From Antedon mediterranea (Eukaryota; Animalia; Echinodermata), in NCBI RefSeq assembly GCF_964355755.1, contig NC_092677.1, forward strand, positions 12,546,101 to 12,610,100: a stretch of 64,000 nucleotides of DNA. The letters are read 5' to 3'. Positions 41,001-54,427 of this stretch are shown here, in pieces. The translations under genes and the position numbers were made by a program. The notes beneath the pieces were generated by a model. That model saw nothing but the letters and a program-made list of their open reading frames with translations, had not been told where the DNA came from and made no database searches. Each line of letters starts with the position of its first letter. Position 1 is the first letter of the stretch.

Positions 41001-42971
41001 ATCTGTTAAACAGTCATCAATCCTTGGAAGCCTCTTCAGAATTTATCAAATTTTAATTATACGCCACACTAAATTTGTTGGCACCCACCCTATGTTTTCA
41101 AACCCTGCCATTCAAATTACCAATAAACTGATTTGGTAAAAACCCAATCAGTAGTTGTGAAATTTGTTAGCGTAATTTTATTACTTATTATTTCACGCAT
41201 AGCCAATTTATTTAATTCAAAATGGATTTAGATCATTTTAAAAGATAAAATTTATTTGCATAAAAGAAGTGGCCTGGATTATCAAAGACAATAGCAACAC
41301 CTAAACAATAGGTAATTTCCTCAAGCCTATCAACATTGTGTTGGTAGCTAAAGCTTCTTTACCATAATAAAAGCAACAGGAATAAAAGAAAAGATTGCTA
41401 AATGAAGCCCCACAGTATAAATTTGTAGTTGATTAGCTAAGATAGAAAACAATTATGTCGATCAACGGTATAATCATAGCCTACAAGACCGGGAATGAAG
41501 CTTTCGATTACATTGTAAAAATGGATTTTTGAAACCTCTAATAGGAAGTGTAATATGAAAGTTCATAAAAAGTTATTTAATAAGTTTCTATTCCTTGACT
41601 AAACAACTTATTGTATATAATAAAGATTTAGTCAATAATTATGTATTACTTGGAAAAGATACATTCATGTTATTTTATGCCATTTTGTTTAAATTCTACA
41701 TTTATTTATCATAAGCTAATGCACGGTAACCGAAACTTGACGGAACTTGAGTGTTTCCTATTCTACCATTTCAGTAACCACCTCAAATAAGTACAACCAT
41801 TTAATTCATTAGCAACAAAATAGATATGGTATACTTGTATCAAATGAAAAAATGTACTGTAAAGTGTTAAAATAATGTTTTTAGATATAAATATCTAATA
41901 ATGGCCACTACACTTTAGTTCAATTTTACAACCAAGCCATCAAGTATGGTAACTTCCTATATACACTGCGTTAACTTCAGAAGGGCGTCATAAACTTAAA
42001 AAGAATTGTGGTAAACGATTTCCCAAGCGACTGACAATATACAGTCAAAAAGTAACCCTTGGGGTGTCCTTCTACAGAAAATCCTGGACTGAATTGGAAT
42101 TTCATACTAAAATGAATTAATGAACACTTTTTTTTGTAAGAAATATGTTTTCTCAGGCTGAAATCTATTCTTTCAGTCTGTTTCATGTTTGACATTTTAT
42201 AAATCATGTAATTTAAAATGTAGTTTACTGGAAGCACAATTAATTCTTTCATCAACTTTTATTCTTTGAAACTAATTAAAAACCTAAGTGCATATTGATT
42301 GACATAAAATATTATCGCACATTACTGAAACAGGTGAGGACTAACTAATTTAGTATATATATTTATATTTTGAAGTAGCTTCAGCCTTGGACAAAATGGA
42401 TTCTAATCTACTGTTGAGACTTATGTAATTACATAAACTTGCTTAATGATTAAATTACCAGGATGCAACCTATCTTAAAAAAGTTAATTAACAAGACGTC
42501 GTTAAGAGTACATGGCTATCTTGAAAAAACAAATCTGGAATAAACAATTGTCAGTCTGTCAAATTCCAACCCCACTCTTCTCATTATTTACTATACTACC
42601 TAAATTTAAAAAATTACAATGCAGAAAGTAAGACATATAGTTAGTTATCAATTTTAAAATTGTTAAGGCCGTATATATTTCAAAATCCTGATTCCGCCAC
42701 TGAAGAATAGCCATTTTGTTTTGGTACATAAAACAAAATTAAATTATCAGTTAGGAACTCATTTAATCTCAAAACAGAAGTTTGTAAATCATTAATTTGC
42801 GGAAAATTAATAGTTTTAATGAGCGAGAGGAAAAGCAATGGAGGAAAACGCAGCGGAAGGACTGGATCCACAAGCTGGAACGCACACCTGTGTCCAAGAT
42901 TCATGACTCATATTGTAAGTTCACAATCTGGAATAAATAATAAGGTCTGCTAAAAATTGAAAGTAGACTAA

Positions 42972-43625
42972 GACCCCATTTACACTTACGTTTGGGTCCA
43001 GGGCCGGTCCTGGGCCGGTTGCAAATATTTACCTTTTAGGCCGGCCCCAGAGCGTTTACACTAGCGACGCAGATTACTGGTCGTAAATAATTGTATTGGA
43101 AGTACCATTGCATGCTGGGATACGAAGTACAGTTTGTTTACATTTTTCTCTCTCGATCGTCAATTCAACTCTCCGCGCGAACCGACCGTTTTATATTTAT
43201 ACTGTATTGTTGTTTTTTGTCCCATTAAAAACAAAATGAACCCCACTGTTTTATTTATAATATGGCTATATTTTATGTATATGCGAAACAAGCGGATGAA
43301 TACTTTATTGAAAGAAGATGTCGGAAAATAAATTTAACTATATTAATGAAGAAAACAAATTGTCGCCCGAAAAGGAGGAAGGTACGGTATGTACTGAGAA
43401 TGTCGGATCGTCATAACAACAACCTCATAAAAAGGTCAAACGTTGTTCACGGTTCACTGCGTAAGCCGGCCCAAACGTAAAAGCCGCTCCTGAACCTACC
43501 TGGAGAGGTGGCCCAGATCTGCGTCCGGCCCAGGGCCGGCCTAACTTTTTGGAGTATTTACACTTATCAATTGCCGACCCAGGGCCGACCCAGGGCCGGC
43601 CTAAATCGTAAGTGTAAATGGGGTC
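42972..43625. mobile_element. Non-autonomous PIF/Harbinger transposon (654 bp)
   Basis: 19-bp perfect TIR GACCCCATTTACACTTACG, flanked by TAA and TTA. GC-rich subterminal CCAGGGCCGG repeats at both ends, internal TTTACACT copies and an AT-rich core. Confidence 0.92.
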
Positions 43626-45523
43626 TTACATCCACAATCAATGAAAAACAAAAATTGTTTTATGAATTTTCTACTATAATTATGCTTTCTTTTCTTTAGG
43701 CATTTTCTACAGCTAGTTTTCAAATCCATTTCACTGGATGTCTTATCTTTTCGCACATTATTCCTACCAAACTTTACTTACAATTACCTTCACCACAGAT
43801 ACCTTGTGCACTACCTTTCCCGACAAAATTAGAAAAGAAGCTTAACCGTTCTTTTTAGAACTACAAACATGGTGTATAACAAATTTTATATCATATATTG
43901 ATTTTCGCCATCCAAACCTTAGAACTATATATCATCTAGATGCTTATTTTCACTGAGAAAAAATATTTCTACTATAATTTTATTAGTGTCTCTTTGTACT
44001 ATACAGTTTAAAGTACAGTACTAGCATAATTTCAAAGATTAATTACACATTTTCACATCCAATAGTAATTTTTAACAATAAAAAGAAATATTTCAAAGAT
44101 AGGGATATGACCATAAGAGCATATACTGTACTAGAGATTAGTATTGCTTGATTAGGTACGGAAAGGCCCACGAGACAATCTCTATCAACGAGTCTTTAAG
44201 TGGGCAACAAATAAAAAATACATAAAAACAACCTAACTAAAAATAAAGTTTTAAATGATCACTAATTATTTAAGTTTTATAAATACCTGAACTTTCTTGT
44301 GAAACCATGCATATACGTTTCCGTTGCGTTTGGAAATTAAGAGCAATTTATCAACATTCTGTACTTTGTGAATTAAATTTCTGCCAAAATCTGAAAATAA
44401 TAATATTATATAATTAATTGGGAAAGAATATCGGTGAATAGGAAGGATAAATTAATTATTACGAATGATTGACTAAATACATGGGTGACTAAAGACGTTA
44501 ATGGATGAATGGAGAAATTAAACAATTAACAAAATATGATAAAGTTAATGACAAAACAAATAAAAGATTTTAATGAATAAATCTTAAAAGTTCAGCTGTT
44601 TGATCTAAGAAACAAAAATAAATTTTACAATTAATGAAATAAAACAGAAATTAAAAGATCAACCGGACCAAAAACATAGACCTCAACCTGGGAAAACTGT
44701 TCTTGTTGGTTCTTAATCAAGGTTGGTAACTTTTTCGTAGAGGCCCGCAAAGAGATTGTACCCTTTTCTTGCAACTGCACCATTTTATTTCTGTTGGCTA
44801 TGGAACTGTAAATACTTTTTGATGTTTAATGATACAAGAACTATATTATTCATTCATTAAACTGTCCAACATGCAAGTTTTAAATAACTTTAGTTAATGT
44901 TTATAGATAAAAACAGATGCCTTCCTACTTTTGTTTATGATTAGTGTAATAATTCACAATATTCAGCAATAGAGCAATTATCAAGGGTTTTAGAAATTTA
45001 AGGAGAGTAATGACAACCTCCCAGATGGGGCTAGCTATCTAACTAATAACCCATAAAGTTACTGGCCTGGTATCAAGCCCTTTCCTAATTGGTCAAAAAT
45101 CTCATTAATTTATGTTCCATCACCAAAGGGGGAAAAGTTTAAGGCCGTCGCCTTGGTAACTAATGACTGTGAAAGATGAGATCAGAGCAATATTAAGTTC
45201 TTTTCCTGATCAGTCTTGGCTAGGCAAGGCATGTAATTATTAAGAAGTATTTGAGAGATTAAATACCTGAATGTTGTACCCTTGTCATTTTAAAATGCTT
45301 TATGCAATCATTTTGAAACAAACACAATTCTTGTTCTTACCTACTTATGATTGAAAGTCAGTTGATTAGATTGACTGATTTTACCCAATCTGACATATCG
45401 GAAACAAACACATGATCTTCCAAAAAAATATTGGGTTCGAATCCCACGCCTTATTCGTGATAGTACAACCTTTTAAAAACTGTGAATGTAATGTCCAGTG
45501 TGTTGTCTGCGTGTGGTCAGTAA

Positions 45524-45692
45524 AGCGTGGTTCCCACTAGCGACGCAACGCAAGGACGTAACGCAACGCAAGTGAATTGACCAATCACAAGCGATGGCTT
45601 ATTCGCTTGTGATTGCTAACTTCGCTTGTCATTAGTTAAAACGCTTGCGTTGCGTTTACGTCCTTGCGTTACGTTCTAGTGGGAACCAAGCT
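45524..45692. mobile_element. PIF/Harbinger-type MITE (169 bp, largely palindromic)
   Basis: About 50-bp TIR AGC.TGGTTCCCACTAG..ACG.AACGCAAGGACGTAA(A)CGCAACGCAAG, flanked by TAA and TTA. Inner CAATCACAAGCGA/TCGCTTGTGATTG hairpin. Confidence 0.92.
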
Positions 45693-48006
45693 TTAGGTGT
45701 AATAAAAAATGTGAACAAGCTAACACCATGTACTGTACTTCTGTTTCATATTGACCAGAATACAATGAAAACAATCTTTTCTTTTAATTAAAATGTAAGC
45801 TTATCTATTTATATTACATAAGAGGCAAAATTCCTTGAGTCCATAGGAAGTACATATCACTGTTATATAACATACAGAATTTCTTCATGCATACACTAAT
45901 TAAATTTAATTATTCAACAGTAGTGTTTTGTTTCTTTTTTTTTTTCAAGATTTAATAATATCTGAATAAAGTACTCCAATAAAGATGTTTTAGTAAACTA
46001 CATTTATGAATTCAGAAGTTCATAACTAAAGACCCAAGTTATCAGACACCACCGGAAAAGTTTGGCGAAATGCCTAAATAATAATATTAACATGTATAGT
46101 ACAGTAGCAAACCAGAGGATCCTAAATGTAATTTTGTAATTCATTGAAACGACGACGACCAACACAGCAATGCAGGTATCTTATTTAGTCTTACAGATTC
46201 CATTATCTTGCAAATTTTGCAGGCCCCTTTTGACCCGTTTATTTATAATTGAAAAGAGTGTAAACAAAAGAACACTCTCTTAAGGTAGTCTGTGCCCCAA
46301 TCAACCCGGTAAATTTATTGAAGTCATGAAGGCTTTGTTCCACCAAGTCGTTTCGCTTATTCTAAAATCATTCAACCAAGAGACGTATTCAAAAGTAACC
46401 ATGTTTAATCACCAATGCAAAAATCCTATTAAATAACAATCATTCTCTAGTTTTTAAGAACATATAGTATGATAATTATTACCCAGAATAAGCCTCCGCA
46501 AAAAAAAGAACAATGAACGCTTTCTGTTTAAGCTGTGTAAAGTCATTCAACAGATTTTCATAATTCCAGTTGTTTACCATCCAATAAGGAAATTAATTTG
46601 ATCTTAAGAGGGAAGTGAAGTTTTGTATCAAAAATAAAAGAGTATAAATAAAAAACGAAAAACAATGAAGTGACAATTATACAGTTGTGTTTGTCCTGCA
46701 ATAGCCCAATAAAAATATTAATAGCCCACATGTCATTATGCTAGCCCAGAAAAAAAAAGAATACCAGAAATACATACCGGTACATGTGTCTACGGACAGT
46801 AGCAACTTTTGGATTTCTCTAGACATTGCCCAGCCCCGAAGAAATAATTACTTTGGGAAAGTATTAAATGAAAATCTACAACTTGTATGAACCTTCTCAC
46901 TGTATTATTACCATAGTAATTGTAAACAATATTAATTTTCTCAATTGTTAGGATAGAAAATTAATTAAATTAGCAAAGTTTGTAGAAAAACAAAGTACTT
47001 GAAGTTAATTAGTCAAATTAAATCACAATGTTTTTATTTCAAGTTAAGTAGTATAGTACGGTTTTTACATTAATTAACACTTCCTGGTTTATTTATTGAC
47101 CTATTTCACTGGTCAGCTGTAAAAGTTTCAGCAAGCCTTAACTTAAAAAAAAAACACCAACATATTTAAAAGGGTATACTTTATTAAAACGATATGTCGT
47201 ACAATAATCTTTCCATTTTTGACTGTGTAGTAAAATAGCAGTTTTCCAAGAATGATAGAATTTGGGTCTTCACAACTTTTATTCACTTCTTTAAATATAA
47301 AATTTTAAAACCACATGTCCTTGACTCCGAGCTGACTTATTCCTAGTAATCCCTTTGTAAGGAACCAAGGAAAAATGTTGCTAAGAAAAATCAATTCAAA
47401 AGGAATCCTTTTTCCCACATGTTTTCCATTATATGCCTGTTTAAGTCCTTAGCTAACGGTCCATATCAATGTTATTTATAATGTTTTATTGCTAAGCCCT
47501 TCGCAGCGGGGAAATAATCGGAAGAAAGAGTTATTAAACAGATTAAATGAAAAGAACCAAGGTCAATGCAAGAAACATTTTTTAGTTTTACTATAATTAT
47601 AATATGTATAGAATAATACAATATATATATAAAAAAAATTAAAATATTTATATCAATAATTTTAAATAGGTGATTAAATAGGCCAAAAATATTTAAATCA
47701 GGTAAAAAAATTTATTTAAAAAAAAAAAACATTAAATTTTAAGAATATGATATAACTTGGGACATTCAGATGGCTAGGCAAGACTGTTTGAAGATTCAAG
47801 ACTTATAAAATATCATTGCATATAAATAATTGTAATCTAGTAGTAGTACTGGTTGGCACGAGGTGTACATTTTTATCTTAAATCTTGACATGTACCTGCA
47901 CTAATATAAAAATAAAATTCAATATAAAAAGTACATTCGAACAAACCTGACCTAACCATTTAAGTGGGTCACTTTAACCATTAACCTACAAAGAGAAACT
48001 AAGATT

Positions 48007-48076
48007 GGGGAATCATGAACTTTGACCTGGGGGAATCATGAACTTTGACCTGGGGGAATCATGAACTTTAACCTGG
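48007..48076. repeat. 23-bp tandem repeat x3 containing a nuclear-receptor DR1 motif
   Basis: GGGGAATCATGAACTTTGACCTG, with AATCATG at 48011, 48034 and 48057. Confidence 0.92.
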
Positions 48077-51000
48077 TAAGGCTACACTATCACATTGTTT
48101 TGTAACTCCCACATGAGATAAATCTCGCAAATCTTGCAATCTCACTGTCATAACTGCCATGACTTCAATCTGCACATGTTTGTTTGGTATTGCATGAATT
48201 ATTGCATACTTTTACATTTTTGTTATACCTATGTTTCTATAAAAGGTTCAAATGTCTTCAAAGACAAAGAATAGTATTTCTTTTAATCCTTATCTATATA
48301 TTAACTTACCTTCAATTTGTTGTGATTATATTAGTTTTTAAGGTTCTGAAACAGTCAAAGGTTTGTAATCATATATTTTCATAATTTTATTTTTAATATG
48401 ACTGTCAATTTGTAGCAGAGTATGTAAGTTTTGGCCTTTCTTAACTTCACAAGATATACCAACCATTATGGGTTTTTTTGGCAGGTGATAAAGTAGTAGA
48501 GGAAATAGGAATGCATCTGATCATAGCTTTCTCAGAGACTGTTCATTTTCAAGTATGCTTTTTTTTTAAATACTTATAAGTTAAGGTAGTTAATCTTTTT
48601 AGGTAGTAATAAAAATGCAAAAAATATATTTTTTTTAATAGAGATTAAAGAATTATGCATAAAAATGTGATGTTTATTCATTATAATTCATATTTTAATC
48701 AATCATAAACCACAGTACTTAGTAGAACAAAAAACGACCTTCATTTTTGTGTTTCTCAACAAACAAGGCTAGTAGCAACTTCCTTCATTTTGTGCCTGTA
48801 TTTCCTTTAGGAACCGATTCCCTAGCTCCTTTACCAGTCGTCGACTTAAAAAGGATTAACACGGAGGCAAATCATATTTATAACTTTCCGACAACGACAA
48901 TAACGAGCAGTTAATCAGCTAGCAACTAGAACTTGGCCGGAAAACAAACCAAAATGGATATCATACAATAGCGTAATAACACTTATTGTATACTTAAATT
49001 ATCCATGCGTGAACATTCCGCAGTTGGATTCTTTAAAAACTTGTACAATGATAACAATCAAAGTTAATTAAAATTCAAACTTGTATGCTTTTCAAAAACT
49101 CTCAGAAATTGTTGATTGAGTGTTGCATTAATACGTGAGGAAACTGTTATATTTTTTGACCTTGCCAACTAACAGTTAATAATTTGTCCCCCATCAAATC
49201 ATACATAGCTACGATTCATTTTTAATTATTATATATACAAAAAGGAAACAATAATGCTCTTGTTAAAACATATTCTATAATTGATGAGTTCATTCTGGTA
49301 AAACAAGTAAAGCGCTGTGAAGCAATGCCAAAAAAGCAGAACCCATAAAAAACATACCACAATGACTCTTTTGATGAAGTCTGACGACTGTACATAAATT
49401 AAAAACTGTTCTATTGTTCTAATTGAGTAAATTATAAAAATAATTAATAGGGATTTAAGAAAAACAACAAGCTCTTTGTCGTCTTTGCTCAGTAGCAATT
49501 TGATAGTAACGAATTCATTTTTCCTATTGAACTCGGAACATAATTTATCATACTTGTAAGATTCTCCAAGCATTGTGACTTGTAAGGTTTTGAGACCATA
49601 CATAGGATTAAAATGACACATTACACACATGGATTGCTGTTATATTAAAGTATGAAAATATTCACTAATAACAAGTGGCTATGTAATACACAGTTTGGGT
49701 GCATATATTACGGTACACAAAATATAAAAAAATGTAACTACTATAGAATGTTTTCTTATTACGATATCATTGTTTTCTTACAGATTGTTACGACAAGGAC
49801 AAGTATTATCAGGTGATTAATAAAGGACCTACAACCCTGCGCAGTGGACAATTAGCTGGTGGTGTCCTGCCATTTATTTCTAGTTCACTGGATAATCTAA
49901 TTTGCCGCAATAACTTGACTCGTTTCCTGAGGAGATCATACTTTATATCAACAACAAATCTTGTTAAATGTATCGTTCATTTTATCCAGAAACCCATTGG
50001 AAATTTCCAGGCTTTTCTGTGTATTCCGCATGGAAAAAAAACCAGAAAATTGTTTACGAATATCAGGAAAACATGTGGAATTCATGTTAGCGCAAGAAGT
50101 CAGTTTTAATCATGCGAACAGCGTGGACAAGTTTCTGAACAGAGCAAATAATACGAAGGAAATGTGATAATTGCAATGGATCTCTCTAAAGACGCAACGA
50201 TCGTGAGTGTAAAGGATGAGTCACGTGGCTCATGCACGTAGTCGGGGTCCATGTGCATACATCACGCAGTATTTAGGTGAATTTCCGGCAGGCTAAGCTT
50301 GATTGAAATTTACTGTTAATGTTTTATCTGGAACCTGTCACTTACTAATCAAGTCCGTTTGTTTCCAAGTTCATTATTTGCACTCATTTTTGCTAAACTT
50401 GCGACACTGATAGTCAAATTAAAGTGAATAACAAAACACTTATAATTGCCTTTGAAATGAAATTAGACAAACATTGAAAAAGTTTTCTAAAACAAAATTA
50501 AAAAGAAACTTTTACTCAGGGTTCTTTCACTGAACCTTTGCTAATTTTAAAAACTTTCTAAACAAATCTGTAATCTAGACAAAAAAAATCATCTTAATCA
50601 TTTCAATTCATCATTAATTGTCCTCCAAAACCTGTAAAACATAAAGAGGAATCAAATCAAACTTTGAATATGCCATTTTGTAATTTTAATAAAGTTATTC
50701 ACATTTTTTGTTGATTACGGTTTACTTATGTAGTAGCCTTCTGTTATTTGATATTATATCTAAATTTATCCGTAATTCTATTATAATTTCACTAATGAAC
50801 AATGGCGGTAAAATTTAGCAGTGGGAAACTTAAAACGGAGAGGGTAAGAAAAACAAAGCTGTATATTTGATACCTACTCGTTGACAGACACTTGACACCC
50901 CAGGATCCTGCCGGATTATCCACGGAATCAATTATATCTATAAATTGAAAGCCATGTTTCAATAATTTGGCCTATAAAAAAACATGAGTGGGTTTTTCAA

Positions 51001-52629
51001 TCTAAAATAATATTTCCTATGGAATGTATTTTTAAAAATTGACATGGCTTTTGGGCTGGTAAAACACATTGAGCATCCATAGGGCCCACTAAAATAAACT
51101 CTTAAAGATTTAATGGAGACACTTGTTGATGTTATACCATTGTGGATATAAATTCAATGATTGCTCAAGCGAAAATTATGAAAATACTGAAATTAACGTT
51201 AGTTACAAAAATGATAAAACTTTATGGTAAACTGGGAAGCACATCTGGTTTGTAGCATGATCAGTGATGGGTAAAGTTAACCCTAGGCTAGTTGACCCTA
51301 AACTTCATATATGCAAATGAGCTGAGTTTGACTGCTAATGGCTAATTGACTTGAGTACCAACTCAAATTCTTTATTATACTTGCTAAATTCAGTATCTAG
51401 GTATGTAAGAATACGACTAAACAAAACAATTATACAATAACTATAATAAAGATGATACAATTCCGAATTGTGAAGAAGAAACGAGTTCTAGATTTGTAAT
51501 ATATAAAATCTATGGAAACCACTCATCGGCTTCTGGGTAAACTATATTTTTAGATTTGAATGTTTGTATATTAATATAATTAATATTACACTACATTATT
51601 AATTAAATAATTCTTTTAATAGCAGAATTGTAATTGGCTAATCTAGTGTCTGTATTGGAAGATAGCAAAAGGCCATGTACTGCGCCAGAATCACAAGCTG
51701 GTCTAAGTAACAACATCACTATGCTATAATGTGCCTCGGGGGCCTAGCCTCGGTATCTCATCAGGCTGCTTGGTTGGTGGTGATACACGCCTAAAAACAA
51801 CTCTTGACAACGTTATCATATTCATTTGATGAATAATCAAACGGCAAGTCATATATTCGTTAATCAATTTATCAACGAGAATACAATCTGTAGCTGTCAA
51901 GTTGGAATCCACCTCTGTGTATTTAAAGCGCAATCCTATTCTTTCACTGATCAACGGCCGACAGCGATTTTTGTATAATTGGTCGCGGTGATCAGACACC
52001 AGAATGAATCTCATCAGTACTAATTTAATTTTGGGTTTGAATTCCAGAAATTATCAACCAGTAGGCAGGTTTCTGTTACCACACCAAACATGGTGGGAAA
52101 AATGTAATTTATATCTATACACTAGTAATTAAATATGTACATTCCGAGATTTAGACAGAATCTCCCGCGAGTACTATCCAGGTGTTCGCAAGCACCTTCT
52201 CCTGCTGAGACGTGGCCAAATTAAAAGCAACCAGTTAATCTGGGCCATCAGAGTTAATTTTTGCCCTGATGAGGATTTTCAAACGATACGAGATAATTAT
52301 TTCCAGGAGTAGAATTTCAGTGGGGCTTAGCCAATCTGTTCTGAGATAAAAACAAGGCCCAGATGACCCCATTATCTTACTGCAGATTACTCTGTGTCTG
52401 TTCAAACCAATGAAAAGGTTCATGAATAAATGTCATAAAATAATTTGGGAGGTTTTTCATGGTAGAATGAATCTAATATATATATAAATCAAAATTTATT
52501 TACAATTAAAGATTGGCATATAAGCTCAACTCAACCTAAATTTAAGTTTTAGCAGTCATTTCTTGCAAATGAAATGATCTATATAGTACATATACAGTAG
52601 GTATCCCTGAATACAGGTTGTACTGTACA

Positions 52630-52852
52630 TTGGACACTTGACTCACTCACAGTGAGATCCGTGTTCAATTCCCAAAAACTCCCAGTTCACAACTGTCAAA
52701 TGAGTACATACGGTAGTTGAAAACACCAGGAAGGATAAGACTGCATGGAATGGACTGGCCACCCTACCACATAATGCCGAGGCTTACTAAAATGAGCTCC
52801 TAACAGCTTATTCTCCTACGTTCAAAATGAACACGGGACTTGATCATCTTTC
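52630..52852 (+). mobile_element. Degenerate tRNA-derived SINE, distinct family
   Basis: B-box-like GTGTTCAATTCCC near 52663 and CORE-like CCAGTTCAC..CTGTCAAATGAGTAC, followed by a GC-richer body (GGACTGGCCACCCTACCACATAATGCCGAGGC). Single copy in the window. Confidence 0.5.
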
Positions 52853-54370
52853 TGTACATGGTATACGCCAAACTACCACATTTTGACTGTTAAGTCCACC
52901 TTCCAAACTGTATTTTGTGTCAAAGCATGTGGTCTCATACCAGTAATTATAAACATTCAATATTCAGTTTTACACTACAGTTCATCATAAATTAAAATAT
53001 AATTACATTGTTATCGATTAATTATTTCACCACTATAGAACCTGCATGCCTTCAGTAATTGCAACATCCCATAATGATTATGATAATATCCCAGAATGCA
53101 TCATTTACAAATCTCTCTTTATTAATTAAAATCTCCACCTGCAGCCTTTAATTACAATATCCTTTCGTCTTCTATTAGTTTATCAAATATTGCTTTAGTG
53201 GCGTCATATATAATCTTGAGGCCTATCACATTTGTTGTTGCCCACTAGACCACTATAAACTACATGCCCATAATGTCCTGACATTTTTTTTGTTGACCAT
53301 ATTTAAAGAAGGTGATCCATCCAGCAATTTCTGATCATTAGGAACCCTCAGAGGTTCACAAGATTACAAGTCTTTGGTAGTAATTTTGTCCTTAGAAAAA
53401 ATCCTGACATGTGACAGGAACCCAGGACCCTTGAAGTGGTAGCACAGCATCATCCAAGCCACAACTCCACTCTCTACATACAGTAGAACAGGCCTGCAGT
53501 AGAACATGTACGGTTAAATAGTGCTATTGTTTTAGTCAGTAGGCAAAAGAAAGGTAATTTGAGTGGCCCATATCGTTACCTTTCTTTATCTAGACATTGT
53601 ACCATACAGTACGAGATTGTGGACCTGATGGGGATAGTATTAAATAGATTGCGTCTTCTGTAATTCATCATTGTTAAATAAAAATATAGCAAATTTTCAC
53701 AACAGTAAAAACCATAACTTTCCATTTGCATTTCTTTCTATTTGCTTTTAACGAAATAAAATTAACAAAAATATTAACAACAATCAGAGCAATGGTTGAT
53801 TAATTAAACAAACATATCATTACATGCATATTTTTTTAATTTGTTTTTCAGGTGTAAACACTATTACTCAGTGCTTTTGAATAGTATAATTGTACTAAAT
53901 TAGTTTCCTGATTGTCGTCCGTTACCATAGCAATGTTCGATATCTACCTGTTGCATGTTGAAATTTATTTTGTATCTGTTGTGTAACTGAGTGACCTGTT
54001 GAATTCACACTCCACGAGGGACAAACATGCCAGCTAAATTTTGCTCAATAATATTTAATGTTTTTACTTTTTTTAGCATGTAATATTACTGCAATTTAGT
54101 ATATAACAATTAAAGTATAATGAATTGACAACCCAGCTTTAAATTATTATATAAAATGGTTTTTTTTCATCTCAATAATCTTACCTGGTATGGTGGTAAA
54201 CTAACAAAAGTGTTGTCTAAATCGTTATCATTTGTGACACTCTTTTCCCGATTGTTTGTCTTTTGATTTTGCGGTTATCAACAGGAATTCTGGCAATAAA
54301 TTGACCTAAAATGAAAGGAGAGATAGAATTACTTTTGTACATAGTATGACAGGCCTTAAAATACCTTAGG

Positions 54371-54427
54371 CATATATGGGTACATCACATTTGTTGTCAC
54401 ATAAAGTTTGATAGTGTAGACAAAGCT
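54371..54427. mobile_element. Harbinger-type CTACAC MITE, terminal fragment (copy 1)
   Basis: CATATATGGGTACATCACATTT...GTCACATAAAGTTTGATAGTGTAGACAAAGCT|TAA, matching copies at 58270, 59229 and 60420. Confidence 0.85.

Noticed and set aside
49784-50109. Strong plus-strand acceptor (tgttttcttacag) followed by an open frame of about 108 codons
   Set aside because: The peptide shows no recognisable domain or coding-like composition, and no supporting upstream exon was found.
30577-52460. Exact 18-mer ATTTGGGAGGTTTTTCAT at 30577 and 52443
   Set aside because: The flanks do not extend the match, so chance or a tiny repeat relic cannot be distinguished.
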